DNA of 45,129 bases from Sandaracinaceae bacterium (GCA_044220955.1 JBGAQA010000054.1:1-45129), one strand, 5' to 3'. Shown: positions 16,096 through 26,223, counted from the stretch's first letter. Numbers and translations: made by a program. The notes: generated by a model not told the origin, from the sequence alone.

Positions 16096-17323
16096 GGGCG
16101 GGGCCCTCCCCGCGGGCACGCGGATCATCCTTGCGGAACACGAGGCTGAGCGCGACGAACACGGCCCAGAGGCTGGCGAAGAGCACGAGCATCCCGCTGC
16201 CTCCGTGCGCGTGGAAGACGCGGCCCGTCAGGAAGGGCCCGACGACGAGCCCGCTCGCGAAGAACACGTTGAAGATGGAGTTCGTGCGCGTGTACTCGTC
16301 CGGCTGCGCGATCACGCCCTGGAGCGCGAGCGAGAGGGGCGGCATCGAGGTGATCGCGCCGCCCGCGATCAGGATGACGACGCACATCGCCGCGAACGAG
16401 TCGAGCGCGAAGAACGCGAGCATGCCGAGCAGGCCCGCGAGCGCGAGCAGGCGCATCACGGCGAGGTGTCCGATGCGGTCCCCGAGCCGCCCGGCGGGCG
16501 AGGCGAAGAGCAGCATCCCGAGCCCGACGAGACCGACGACGACGCTCGCGTGCTCCTCCGGGACGTGCCGCTCGTCGACGAGGAAGCGCGGGATGAAGAG
16601 CGCCCCCGACGACTGGAAGAAGCCGCTCGCGAAGGTCGCCGCGCAGCTCGTCTTGATCCGCCAGGCGAGCGCGAGCGTCCCCGTGCGCGTCGTCGGACCG
16701 GCGCCCGCGCCGGAGCCCTGCTCCACCTCGTGCGGAGGCAGCACCGGATCCGGGTCGAGCCCCGTCGCCGCCACCACCGCCGCCGCGCACGCGATCGCAC
16801 CCGCGAGCACGAAGCGATGCTCGGGCGAGAGCCACCCCGAGATCCCGAGCGAGATCGCCGCGCCGATCGGGTACCCGCTCATCGTGAAGCTCGCCGAGAG
16901 CGAGGTCGCCAGCGCCTTGTCTGCCCTCGGCGCGCGCCAGAGCACGAGCGTCTCGCCGCTCATCCACGCGCCCATCGAGAAGAGGCCGTCCACGAACCGA
17001 TCGACCGCGAGCGAAGTGTACGACCCGAGCAGCGGGATGATGCCGATCATCACGCCGTACCCGACGATCGCGACGGCCAGCGTCCAGCGCGCCGAGAAGC
17101 GGCGGATCACCGCGCCCGAGGGGGCCGCGAAGAGCACGAGCCCGAGCGCGAAGAACGACGCGAGCTCGCCCACCACGTCGGGCCCGAGGTGCCGGTGCTC
17201 GAGCACCATGGGCATCACCGCGAGCGCGATCCCGTACGCTGTCGAGAGGACGATCATCGTCCGGTAGACGACCCAGAGGTTGCGGTCGGGCAGGCGCGCG
17301 CGGAGCGAGGCGAGCGGGCTCAT
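16085..17323 (-). CDS. MFS transporter
   Basis: About 12 hydrophobic segments; GRLGDRIG motif A in C-terminal half; RFVDG in TM4. Confidence 0.9.
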   Translation of the reverse strand: MSPLASLRARLPDRNLWVVYRTMIVLSTAYGIALAVMPMVLEHRHLGPDVVGELASFFALGLVLFAAPSGAVIRRFSARWTLAVAIVGYGVMIGIIPLLGSYTSLAVDRFVDGLFSMGAWMSGETLVLWRAPRADKALATSLSASFTMSGYPIGAAISLGISGWLSPEHRFVLAGAIACAAAVVAATGLDPDPVLPPHEVEQGSGAGAGPTTRTGTLALAWRIKTSCAATFASGFFQSSGALFIPRFLVDERHVPEEHASVVVGLVGLGMLLFASPAGRLGDRIGHLAVMRLLALAGLLGMLAFFALDSFAAMCVVILIAGGAITSMPPLSLALQGVIAQPDEYTRTNSIFNVFFASGLVVGPFLTGRVFHAHGGSGMLVLFASLWAVFVALSLVFRKDDPRARGEGPAHAT

Positions 17324-17444
17324 CGGCGCGCTCTTCTACTCCAGGCTGGGCAGCCACGCCGCAGCGCGACAGGCGACGCCCACGGCCGCGTGCCCGGGGG
17401 AACGAGCCCCTGGCGAAGCGCTGCTGCGCGCGTAGAACGGCTAC

Positions 17445-18329
17445 ATGCTGAGGCGAATCGTCTGCGCGACGGATCTGTCCCCCTCTGCGCTCGTGGCGAC
17501 CCGCTATGCCGCGTCGATCGCGCGCGCCTTCGACGGCACCGTCGAGCTGGTCACGGCCTGGAGCTGGTACGACGACATCGACGAGTACGCGCTGGTCCGG
17601 CCCGAGGCGCTCGAGGAGTGGAAGCAGAAGCACGAGGCGAAGCTGGCGCTCGCCGTCGAGGCGCTCGCCAAGCAGGGGGTGAGCGCGAGCGGCAAGCTCG
17701 TCGAGGGCGAGCCGCCGCGCGCCATCGTCGAGCACGCCGCGGCGACCAAGGCAGACCTGCTCGTGGTGGGCACCGAGGGGCGCCGCGGGATCGCGCACGC
17801 GCTGCTGGGCAGCGTGGCGGAGCGAATCCTGCGCACGTCCGAGGTGCCGGTGCTCGCCGTCCCCAAGACGTGGGCCGTCGCCGACGACGCGCGCTTCGCG
17901 CCGAAGAGCATCCTGGTCCCGGTCGACCTCGAGCCGCTGAGCGCCGAGCTGGTGCGCGTCGCGACCGACCTCGCGCGGCGGGCCCACGCGAGGGTGGCCG
18001 TGGTGCACGCGTGGGACTCGGCGGTGATGGCGTCCGAGGGTCCGACGGCGGAGGCGGACGAGTCGCGCATGACCGCGCGCTTCACGCGCTGGATGGAGGC
18101 GAACGCGCCCAAGACGACGCCGCACGTCGACTCGGTCGTGCGGCGCGGCGTGCCCTTCGACGTGATCGAAGACGTGGTCGAGGAGCGCGGCGTCGATCTC
18201 GTCGTCATGGCGACGGCCGGCCGCACCGGGATCGAGCACTTCATGCTGGGCTCCCTCACGGAGCGCGTGCTGCGCAGCGTCGGGCGACCCGTGCTCGCGT
18301 ACCGCAGGCCCCGGACCGAGCGCTCGTAG
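17445..18329 (+). CDS. Universal stress protein, two USP domains (paralog of 4913-5788)
   Basis: RIVCATDL, GTEGRRGIAHALLGSVAERILR, MATAGRTGIEHFMLGSLTER. Confidence 0.92.
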   Translation: MLRRIVCATDLSPSALVATRYAASIARAFDGTVELVTAWSWYDDIDEYALVRPEALEEWKQKHEAKLALAVEALAKQGVSASGKLVEGEPPRAIVEHAAATKADLLVVGTEGRRGIAHALLGSVAERILRTSEVPVLAVPKTWAVADDARFAPKSILVPVDLEPLSAELVRVATDLARRAHARVAVVHAWDSAVMASEGPTAEADESRMTARFTRWMEANAPKTTPHVDSVVRRGVPFDVIEDVVEERGVDLVVMATAGRTGIEHFMLGSLTERVLRSVGRPVLAYRRPRTERS

Positions 18330-18345
18330 CGCTCCCGGCGCAGGC

Positions 18346-19221
18346 CTAGCCCAGGAAGGGCAGGGCCCACTCGCGCGAGCGCCGGTCGAGCTCGTCCTGC
18401 AGCGCCACGTCGTGCGCGAAGCGCGAGGGCTCCTTCGGCCGCTCCGCGTCGTAGTAGAGGCCCGTCTCGCGCGCGAGGGCCGGATCCGTCGCGCAGCGGA
18501 CCTGCGTGCGAGCGCCCTCCTCGTTCGTGACGAGGAAGGGCTTGATCAGCAGCGCGAGGAGCCTCGAGCGGCGCTGCCAGATGTCGCTCGCCACCCCGCC
18601 CGGGTGCAGGGAGTAGGTCGTCACCTTCGTGCCCGCGAGCCGGCGCGCCAGCTGCTTGGCGTGCAGGACGTTGCAGAGCTTGCTGACGAAGTACTCCGGG
18701 AGTCCCGTCACCGTGGGCGTCGGCCGGCGCAGGGCGTCCCAGTCGATCACCTGCCCCGGCGCGTGCGCCCGGTGGCGGTAGTGGCCCTCGCTCGACACGT
18801 TCACGATCCGGCCCTGCTTGGCGCGCTTCACCAGCGGCAGCACCTTCTCGGTGAACAGGTACGGCCCGAGGTGGTTCGTGCCGAACGTGATCTCGAAGCC
18901 ATCCTTGGTGAGGCCCTGGAGGCCGGCGATGCCGGCGTTGTTGATCAGCGCGTCGAGGGTCCAGTCCCGCGCGAGCACCTCGTCGCCGGCGCGCTTCACC
19001 GACGCGAGGTCACCGAGGTCCATCGCGACGAACGCCGTCTCGACACCCCGCGCGCGCAGCGCCGCGAGCACGGGCTCGGTCTTCTCCTTGCTGCGCGCCG
19101 CGATCAGGATCCGCGAGGCGCCGCGCGCTCCGAGCGCCTCGACCGTGGCCCTGCCGATGCCGGTGTTCGCGCCCGTGACGAGGAAGGTCTTGCCCGCGAG
19201 GTCTTTCGTCGTGTCCGCCAT
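18346..19221 (-). CDS. Short-chain dehydrogenase/reductase (retinol dehydrogenase/WWOX-like subgroup)
   Basis: TGANTGIG, LINNAG, FGTNHLG, RIVNVSS, YFVSK (YxxxK), LHPGGV. Confidence 0.92.
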   Translation of the reverse strand: MADTTKDLAGKTFLVTGANTGIGRATVEALGARGASRILIAARSKEKTEPVLAALRARGVETAFVAMDLGDLASVKRAGDEVLARDWTLDALINNAGIAGLQGLTKDGFEITFGTNHLGPYLFTEKVLPLVKRAKQGRIVNVSSEGHYRHRAHAPGQVIDWDALRRPTPTVTGLPEYFVSKLCNVLHAKQLARRLAGTKVTTYSLHPGGVASDIWQRRSRLLALLIKPFLVTNEEGARTQVRCATDPALARETGLYYDAERPKEPSRFAHDVALQDELDRRSREWALPFLG

Positions 19222-19264
19222 GGCCGCGCACTCTGCGTCGCCGCCGCGCGCGGACTACTCACAT

Positions 19265-19906
19265 TCACGTTTCTTCACCGGCGGGCTCGGCGTCCTTCGC
19301 GGCGCGCCGCTCGGCGCGGCGGCGCGCGCGCTCCACCACGGCGTCGGCGATCGCGGGCGCGACCTTCAGCCGGACGGCCTCGGGCTTCACGGCGAGCGCA
19401 GGGACGAAGCGCTTCGGGAGCTGCAGCACCAGCGCGACCACGATCGCGATGGCGAACGCCAGCCCACCGACGGCCATGAGCACGGTGGACGCCAGCGCGT
19501 AGCCCGCGGCGAGCGCGACGAACGACCCACCGAGACCCCAGAGGATGCCGGTTCGCTGCCGCTCGCCCTCGGTCCACGCCGCGTCGCACGAGGCGCAGAG
19601 CGGGAGCGCGAGCTCGACCTTGGTGGCGCTCCGCTGCATCACCCACGCCACCGCCGAGGCGGTCGCGATCAGCACCGTGAAGACCAGCACGGCGACCACC
19701 CGATCGACGCCCCGCATCGTCTGGGCGAAGACGACCCCGATCACGCCCCCGACGCCCGCGCTCGCCCGCCCGGCGGTACCGACCGTGTACGGAGCCTTCC
19801 GCCGCACGATGTCGTGGCGGCCGCCGCACTTGAGGCAGACCTTCGGGAGCGTCACGCCCGTGGGCACGACGAGGAGCTCACCTTCGCGGGCAGGGAGCAC
19901 GTCCAT
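19265..19906 (-). CDS. Hypothetical 4-TM membrane protein with split CxxC...CxxC motif
   Basis: LPKVCLKCG before TM1-2 and LPLCASC after; start 19906 (ATG) or 19924 (GTG). Confidence 0.72.
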   Translation of the reverse strand: MDVLPAREGELLVVPTGVTLPKVCLKCGGRHDIVRRKAPYTVGTAGRASAGVGGVIGVVFAQTMRGVDRVVAVLVFTVLIATASAVAWVMQRSATKVELALPLCASCDAAWTEGERQRTGILWGLGGSFVALAAGYALASTVLMAVGGLAFAIAIVVALVLQLPKRFVPALAVKPEAVRLKVAPAIADAVVERARRRAERRAAKDAEPAGEET

Positions 19907-19937
19907 CGCGCGCCGGTCTAGCACGGCGCGCGGCGCG

Positions 19938-20603
19938 TCAGGCGCGCCAGGTCAGACGGAACTGCACGCCGCTGGCCGTGCGCGTCGCCTGCACCGCCGG
20001 GCTCTCTCGCCCGGAGAGCCGCAGGAACGTCCCGATCGCGAGCGCGATCGGCGCGATGTCTCGCTCGGGCAAGCTCGCCCAGTCGGTCACGTCGACGATG
20101 GCGGCGCCGAGGCCGGTCATGCGGGCCGACATCGTGCCGCGGCTGCGCGAGCGCGCGTACATCGACGCCAGGCGCGCGAGGAGGGCCTCGTCCGTCGTCG
20201 TCCGCAGGAGCGGCCGCCAGACGGTGGTCAGCGAGCGCTCGGCCGAGAGCGGCACGACCTCGGCGAGCAGCTCGTCGACCGGCCGGCCCGCCTCGCGCGC
20301 GTAGGCGTCGTGCACCAGCCGGATCGCCGAGTAGGGCACCCAGGTCAGCGCGCTCGTGCTCTCGTAGACGCCGCGCGCCGATGACTTCACCGTCTCGAGC
20401 GCCCGGCGCATCGCGTCCGCGCCGATCACCTGCTCGAAGGCCCAGCGCGTGTCGAGCACGCTCTGGCCGGAGAGCTTCGGCTCGGCGTCGTCGAGCGCGT
20501 CCATCTCCATGCTGTTCAGCGCCTCGGGCCGCACGCGCAGGCCCGAGCCGACGCTCGTGTCGCCCCAGCGGGCCCGGCCTGCCCTCGCTGCTTCCCGTGC
20601 CAT
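19938..20603 (-). CDS. Hypothetical protein, possibly H-NOX/V4R-like (myxobacterial DUF2378-like) fold
   Basis: Pattern G.D....AL..............WVP........A.....G, then helix and C-terminal strands ending VQFRLTW; TAGCCT hexamer 5 nt before ATG 20603. Confidence 0.55.
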   Translation of the reverse strand: MAREAARAGRARWGDTSVGSGLRVRPEALNSMEMDALDDAEPKLSGQSVLDTRWAFEQVIGADAMRRALETVKSSARGVYESTSALTWVPYSAIRLVHDAYAREAGRPVDELLAEVVPLSAERSLTTVWRPLLRTTTDEALLARLASMYARSRSRGTMSARMTGLGAAIVDVTDWASLPERDIAPIALAIGTFLRLSGRESPAVQATRTASGVQFRLTWRA

Positions 20604-20686
20604 GAACGAGGCTACGAGCCAGCACCTCGAACGGATCGACGGTGGCCCATCGCGCCGACCTCGGTCGGCGCCACGGAAGAAGCGCC

Positions 20687-22138
20687 CTACTCCCCGAGGA
20701 CGCGGTCGAGGATCTCGTTCACCACGCCCGGGTTCGCCTGGCCCTTGGTGGCCCTCATCACCTGGCCGACGAAGAAGCCCTTCAGCGCGACCTTGCCGGC
20801 CTTGAAGCTCGCCAGCTCCTTCGGGTGCGCGAGGGCGACGTCGCGGATGGCCTTCTCGATCGCGGAGGTGTCCGTGACCTGCGCGAGGCCCCTCTCGTCC
20901 ACGATCTTCTTCGCGCCCTTGCCGGTCGCGATCATGATCGCGAGCACTTCCTTGGCGATCTTGCCGTTGATGGTCGCGTCCTCGACCAGCGCGAGCAGCT
21001 CCGCGAGGGCGTCGCTCGACACGGGGAAGCTCGCCTCGAGGCCGCTCGTCGTCACGGATCCGAGCAGCTCCGCCTGGATGAAGTTCGCGACCTTCTTGCC
21101 GAGATCGCGGTTCAGGCGCGCCGACGTGCAGACCGCCTCGAAGTAGTCCGCGATGCGCGGGTGCCCGGTGAGCACTCCGGCGTCGTACGCCGTGAGCCCC
21201 CAGTCCTTCTGCCAGCGCGCGCGGCGCGCCTCCAGCGACTCCGGCAGATCCGCCTTCGCGCGCGCGAGCCACGCGTCGTCGACCGTGAGCGGCGGCAGGT
21301 CCGGGTCGTCGAAGTAGCGGTAGTCGTGCGCCTCTTCCTTGCTGCGCATCGAGAACGTCTCGCCGCGGGCATCGCTGTAGCCGCGCGTCTCCTGCACGAC
21401 CTTGCCCCCCGCCGAGAGCACGGCCTCCTGCCGCGCGATCTCGAATTCGATCGCCTTCTTCACGAACTTGAACGAGTTGATGTTCTTCAGCTCGGCGCGC
21501 GTGCCGAGCTTCTCGTGGCCGACGGGCTTGATCGACACGTTGGCGTCGCAGCGGAAGGAGCCCTCCTCGAGGTTCCCGTCGTTGACGCCCGCGAACATGA
21601 AGACGTCGCGCAGCGCCTCGAGGTAGGCGACCGCCTCGTCCGCGCTCCGCATGTCGGGCGCGCTCACCGTCTCGATGAGCGGAGCGCCCGCGCGGTTGAA
21701 GTCCACGAGCGTGCCATCCCCCGCGCCCACGCCGTGCAGGTTCTTGGCCGCGTCCTCCTCGACGTGGATCCGGATGATGCCGATGGTCTTCTTCTGGCCG
21801 CCGACGTCGATCGTGAGCGACCCCGTCTCGTTGAGCGGCAGGTCGAACTGCGAGATCTGATAGCCCTTGCTGAGATCGGGATAGAAGTAGTTCTTGCGCG
21901 AGAAGCGGCTCGTCCCGCGCACGGTGCAGCCGAGCGAGAGCCCGGCGCGCACCGCGAGCTCGATGGCGCGGCGGTTCGGCACGGGCAGCGCGCCCGGCAT
22001 GCCCAGGCAGACGGGACACACGTTCGTGTTCGGCGGGGCGCCGAACGAGGTCGAGCACCCGCAGAACATCTTCGTTCGCGTCGCGAGCTGCGCGTGGACC
22101 TCGAGACCGATGACCGCCTCGTATTGCGTGGTCGCCAT
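20687..22138 (-). CDS. gatB: Asp-tRNA(Asn)/Glu-tRNA(Gln) amidotransferase subunit B
   Basis: YEAVIGLEVHAQL, RKNYFYPDL, DFNRAG, RCDANVS, ELKNINSF, YRYF, GFFVGQVM. Confidence 0.98.
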   Translation of the reverse strand: MATTQYEAVIGLEVHAQLATRTKMFCGCSTSFGAPPNTNVCPVCLGMPGALPVPNRRAIELAVRAGLSLGCTVRGTSRFSRKNYFYPDLSKGYQISQFDLPLNETGSLTIDVGGQKKTIGIIRIHVEEDAAKNLHGVGAGDGTLVDFNRAGAPLIETVSAPDMRSADEAVAYLEALRDVFMFAGVNDGNLEEGSFRCDANVSIKPVGHEKLGTRAELKNINSFKFVKKAIEFEIARQEAVLSAGGKVVQETRGYSDARGETFSMRSKEEAHDYRYFDDPDLPPLTVDDAWLARAKADLPESLEARRARWQKDWGLTAYDAGVLTGHPRIADYFEAVCTSARLNRDLGKKVANFIQAELLGSVTTSGLEASFPVSSDALAELLALVEDATINGKIAKEVLAIMIATGKGAKKIVDERGLAQVTDTSAIEKAIRDVALAHPKELASFKAGKVALKGFFVGQVMRATKGQANPGVVNEILDRVLGE

Positions 22139-22146
22139 GCTCGTCC

Positions 22147-23613
22147 TCAGCCGAACACCGGCGGGCGCCGGTCCTTCCAGGAGCACGCCTCTTCGTAGGC
22201 GTGCGCGAGCGCGAGCACACCCTGCTCGTCGAAGGCCTTGCCGGTGAGCTGCAGGCCGACCGGCAGGCCGCCGTCGAAGCCGCACGGCACGCTGATCGCC
22301 GGCAGCCCCGCGAGGCTCGGCGGCAGCGTGTAGACGTCCGCGAGGTACATCGCGAGGGGGTCCTTCGTGCGCGAGCCGAGCGGGAACGCGGCGCTCGGCG
22401 ACGTCGGCGAGAGGACGAGATCGCACGTCTCGAACGCCTTGGCGTAGTCGCGCGCGATCAACGTGCGCGCCTTCTGCGCCTTCGCGTAGTACGCGTCGTA
22501 GTACCCCGCGGAGAGCACGTAGGTGCCCAGCATGATCCGGCGCTTCACCTCGGGCCCGAAGCCCTCCGCACGCGTGCGCCCGTACACCTCGGCCAGCTCG
22601 CTCCCGGCGGCGCGCGGCCCGTAGCGCATGCCGTCGAAGCGCGCGAGGTTCGAGCTGCACTCCGCGGGCGCCACGATGTAGTAGGCGCTCACCGCGTGCT
22701 CGGCGGTCGGCAGCTCCACGTCCACGATCGCGCAGCCGAGACCGCGCAGCGTCTCGATCGCGGCGAGCAGCGCGTCCCGCACGGCCGGCTCGCAGCCCTC
22801 GCCCAGCGCCGAGCGGACGACGCCGACTCGAACGCCCTTCGGCGAGCGTCCGAGCGCCGCCTCGTAGTCGGGCACGGGCACGTCCGCGCTCGTCGCGTCG
22901 CGCAGGTCGCGCCCGGCGATCACCCCGGTGACGCGCGCCGCATCGCGGACGGTCCGGGAGAAGGGCCCGATCTGGTCGAGCGAGCTCGCGAAAGCGATCA
23001 GGCCGTAGCGCGAGACGCGGCCGTAGGTCGGCTTGAACGCGACGGTGCCCGTGAACGAGCCGGGCTGCCGGACCGAGCCGCCCGTGTCGCTGCCGAGCGC
23101 GATCGCCGCGACGCCGCTCGCGACCGCCGCCGCCGATCCGCCGCTGCTCCCGCCGGGCGCGCGCGAGAGATCCCAGGGGTTGTGCACGCTCCCGTACGCG
23201 GAGTTCTCGTTGGACGAGCCCATCGCGAACTCGTCCATGTTCGCCTTGCCGACGAGCGTCGCGCCGGCCGCGCGCAGGCGCGTGACGACGTCCGCGTCGT
23301 AGGGCGCGACCCAGCCGGCGAGGATCTTCGACGCGCACGTCGTCGGTGTCCCGCGCGCGCACAGGTTGTCCTTCAGCGCGACGGGCACGCCCGCGAGCGG
23401 GCCGAGCGTCTCGCCCGCGGCGCGGGCCCGGTCGACGGCGGCAGCAGAGGCGAGCGCGCCCTCGGCATCGACGTAGAGGAAGGCATGGAGCGACGGATCG
23501 TGCTTGCCGATCGCGGCGAGCGACGCACGCGCGACCTCGACCGCGCTCACGTCGCCCCGCGCCACGTGGGCCGCGATCTCGGTCGCGGACTTGCAGAGGA
23601 CGTCACTCGCCAT
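22147..23613 (-). CDS. gatA: Asp-tRNA(Asn)/Glu-tRNA(Gln) amidotransferase subunit A
   Basis: Amidase signature [40 protein letters not shown]; between gatC and gatB. Confidence 0.98.
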   Translation of the reverse strand: MASDVLCKSATEIAAHVARGDVSAVEVARASLAAIGKHDPSLHAFLYVDAEGALASAAAVDRARAAGETLGPLAGVPVALKDNLCARGTPTTCASKILAGWVAPYDADVVTRLRAAGATLVGKANMDEFAMGSSNENSAYGSVHNPWDLSRAPGGSSGGSAAAVASGVAAIALGSDTGGSVRQPGSFTGTVAFKPTYGRVSRYGLIAFASSLDQIGPFSRTVRDAARVTGVIAGRDLRDATSADVPVPDYEAALGRSPKGVRVGVVRSALGEGCEPAVRDALLAAIETLRGLGCAIVDVELPTAEHAVSAYYIVAPAECSSNLARFDGMRYGPRAAGSELAEVYGRTRAEGFGPEVKRRIMLGTYVLSAGYYDAYYAKAQKARTLIARDYAKAFETCDLVLSPTSPSAAFPLGSRTKDPLAMYLADVYTLPPSLAGLPAISVPCGFDGGLPVGLQLTGKAFDEQGVLALAHAYEEACSWKDRRPPVFG

Positions 23614-23902
23614 CGAGCACCTTCGGAACGGCGAACGCCCCGGCCTCGCTCTTGGCGGCGGCCGCGAGCACCTCGCTACGCGCGAGGGACGCCGTGGCCC
23701 GATCCTCGCGCAGGGGCGTGCTCATGGCGATCGAGTGCGTGGTGGGCGGTACCCCGTTCGTGTCGAGCTTCTCGAGCGTCGCCATGAACGCGAGGATCCC
23801 CTCGAGCTCGCCCTGCATCTTCTTCACGTCGTCGGCCGAGAGCGAGAGCCGCGCCAGCCGCGCGACGTGCTCGACCTCTTTCTCCGAGATCCGGATCGTC
23901 AT
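23603..23902 (-). CDS. gatC: Asp-tRNA(Asn)/Glu-tRNA(Gln) amidotransferase subunit C
   Basis: [11 protein letters not shown]...LDTNGVPPT...LRED...FAVPKV; overlaps gatA start. Confidence 0.96.
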   Translation of the reverse strand: MTIRISEKEVEHVARLARLSLSADDVKKMQGELEGILAFMATLEKLDTNGVPPTTHSIAMSTPLREDRATASLARSEVLAAAAKSEAGAFAVPKVLDGE

Positions 23903-24013
23903 GAGGGGGCGGAAGCTAGCACGCACGACGCGAGCCGCGCCCGTGGCACGTCTCGCGCCCGCCCTCGCCCTCGCCCTCGCGCTCGGCCTCGCTCTCGCAC
24001 TATGGTCGCGCCG

Positions 24014-24859
24014 ATGACCACCACCGTCGCCGTCCTCGGCCTGGGCCTGCTCGGAAAGGGCTTCGCGGAGAACCTCCTCGCCAAGGGCCACGCCGTGCGC
24101 GTGTGGAACCGGACGCCGGCGCGCGCCCAGCCGCTGGCGGCGAAGGGCGCGACCGCGTGCGCGAGCCCGGCCGAGGCCGTGCGCGGCGCCTCGCGCGTTC
24201 ACCTGATCCTCGCCGAGGACGCGGCGGTCGACGCGGTCACCGAGGCGCTCCGGCCCGACCTCGCCGCGGGCGCCTACGTGATCGACCACAGCACGAACCT
24301 CCCGGCCGGCGTCGCGGCACGCTTCGCCCGGCTCCGCGCGGCCGCCGTCCGCTACGTCCACGCGCCCGTGTTCATGGGCCCGGCGAACTCGCGCGACGCG
24401 ACCGGGCTCATGCTGCTCTCGGGCCCCGCGGAGGACGAAGCGGCGCTCCGCCCTCTGCTCGAGACGATGACCGGACGCGTCCTCTACCTCGGCGCCGAGC
24501 CCGACAAGGCCGCCAAGCTCAAGCTCGCGGGCAACGGTCTCTTGATCATGCTCACCGCCGCGATGGGCGACCTCTTTCGCATGGGCCAGGCCTCGGGCGT
24601 GAGCCCCGAGGAGATCCTCGCGCTCTTCGACGTGTTCTCGCCGACGGGCGCAGGCATGGGACGCCGCGCGCTCGCCGTCGGCAAGCAGCCCGCCGGCTTC
24701 GAGCTGACGATGGCCCGCAAGGACGTGCGCTTGATGCTCGAGACCGCGCGAGCCGCGAGGCTGACGGTGCTGCCCGCCGTGGCGGCCGCGATGGACGACG
24801 CGATCGCGGACGGTCGGGGGACGCACGACTTCGCGACGATCGCGGCGCCGAGGAGCTGA
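24014..24859 (+). CDS. NAD(P)-dependent oxidoreductase, 3-hydroxyisobutyrate/6-phosphogluconate dehydrogenase-like
   Basis: LGLGLLG Rossmann motif, WNRT, DHST, APVFMG, KLAGN, KDVRL; TATGGT 7 nt before ATG 24014. Confidence 0.9.
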   Translation: MTTTVAVLGLGLLGKGFAENLLAKGHAVRVWNRTPARAQPLAAKGATACASPAEAVRGASRVHLILAEDAAVDAVTEALRPDLAAGAYVIDHSTNLPAGVAARFARLRAAAVRYVHAPVFMGPANSRDATGLMLLSGPAEDEAALRPLLETMTGRVLYLGAEPDKAAKLKLAGNGLLIMLTAAMGDLFRMGQASGVSPEEILALFDVFSPTGAGMGRRALAVGKQPAGFELTMARKDVRLMLETARAARLTVLPAVAAAMDDAIADGRGTHDFATIAAPRS

Positions 24860-24923
24860 GGGCCGGCCTCGCTCTCGCTCTTCGGCCGCCCCGATCAGGG
24901 CCGCGAGCGCGACGGCAAAGCCC

Positions 24924-25319
24924 TCACTCCTCGGGGCCGGACCCCGCGTGGATCACCAGCTCCTCGTCCAGGTCGACGCGTCGGACCACCGACGACGGCG
25001 GCGGCGGGCTCGACGTCGGAGGCGACGCCGCGGACGCCGGCACCGGCGGCGTCGCGGGCAAGAGGACCTCCATCACGAAGAACGCGAACGCGAGGCCCGC
25101 GATCACCGCGAGCAAGGTCAACCCCAGCGCCCGCGCGTTGCTGCGGGGCGCCGGGCTCGTCCGTCGCGGGAGCGGCGGCGGGACGCTCACCGCCGGGACG
25201 TCGTCGCCCGCGCCGCCGGCGTCCGCCGCGTGATCGATCAGCTGGACGTCGGTCAGCGCGTCGATCTGGATGGTGGGATTCCCAGCCGCGCCCGGTCCCT
25301 TGCGCTCGTCGTCACCCAC
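24924..25319 (-). CDS. Small single-TM Pro-rich hypothetical protein
   Basis: One strong TM helix flanked by PPP tracts; TG-TACGGT extended -10 6 nt before GTG. Confidence 0.65.
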   Translation of the reverse strand: MGDDERKGPGAAGNPTIQIDALTDVQLIDHAADAGGAGDDVPAVSVPPPLPRRTSPAPRSNARALGLTLLAVIAGLAFAFFVMEVLLPATPPVPASAASPPTSSPPPPSSVVRRVDLDEELVIHAGSGPEE

Positions 25320-25359
25320 ACCGCGACCGTACCAGAAGACGGTCCTCGCGACCCGTGGG

Positions 25360-26223
25360 TCAGTCGCTCGCGCGGGCGGGGTCCTGCCCGTACGTCGCGA
25401 CGAGCAGCGCGTAGAGGCGCGGCTGCTTCTCCTTCATCCTGCACGGCTGCTCGAAGAACATCTCCGTCGCGACCGCGAAGAACTCCGCCTCGTTGGTCGC
25501 CGCGTACGCGCGCAGGATCGAGCGATGCGCTCGCACACGCCGGGTCTCCGCGTGCATCAGCGATACCCAGGGGGTCACCGCGCGCCAGGGCATGAAGGCC
25601 GGCACCCCGTCGGCCTGCCCCGCGTCGAAGTCGAGCACGTGCGCGAACTCGTGCAGGCCGACGTTGCTCGCGTCGCGCGGGTTGCGGAATCCCTCGCGGA
25701 GCGCGCGGGCCGAGAAGAGGATCGGGCCCGAACCGTGCACCATCCCGAGCACGTTCGCGTCCTTGCCCCCGACGGCGTAGTGCTCGTCGAACGTGCCCTC
25801 GTAGATCACGACGTCGCGCGTCCGCGGGTAGCGGAAGCCCGGCCGCCCGAACGCGACGATCGTCGCCGATGCCGCGACGAGCACGCGCAGCTCGTCGTCG
25901 ACCGGCTCGCCTCGGGGCCCGGTGACGTTCTGCTCGGCCAGGAAGATCGCCACGTCTCGCTCAAAGCGGGCGCGCTCGGGTGCCGCGAGCCGTCGGTAGG
26001 CCTCCACGTCACGCTCGAGGATGCGGCGCCACGACGACGGAAACGGCCGCCGTGCGACGCGCTCGCGGCGCCACGCCGGCGCGAGCGAGACCGCGACGCC
26101 GGCCCCGACCACCAGGGCGAGCACGGACGCGCCCGCCGCCGCGCCGAAACGCAGCGCCGGAAGGACCGCGGCCGCGAGCGCGAGCAGGGCGATCGATCCG
26201 GTGCGCAGCGCGCGATCGCTCAT
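25360..26223 (-). CDS. Zinc-dependent peptidase, M90/MtfA family, with N-terminal TM anchor
   Basis: NVGLHEFAHVLD..DG, YAATNEAEFFAVATEMFFEQP. Confidence 0.9.
   Translation of the reverse strand: MSDRALRTGSIALLALAAAVLPALRFGAAAGASVLALVVGAGVAVSLAPAWRRERVARRPFPSSWRRILERDVEAYRRLAAPERARFERDVAIFLAEQNVTGPRGEPVDDELRVLVAASATIVAFGRPGFRYPRTRDVVIYEGTFDEHYAVGGKDANVLGMVHGSGPILFSARALREGFRNPRDASNVGLHEFAHVLDFDAGQADGVPAFMPWRAVTPWVSLMHAETRRVRAHRSILRAYAATNEAEFFAVATEMFFEQPCRMKEKQPRLYALLVATYGQDPARASD

Noticed and set aside
20687..23362. Extended 891-aa GatB or 407-aa GatC / gat fusions suggested by the ORF track
   Set aside because: Extensions overlap neighbouring real genes; canonical starts at 22138 and 23902 give normal lengths.
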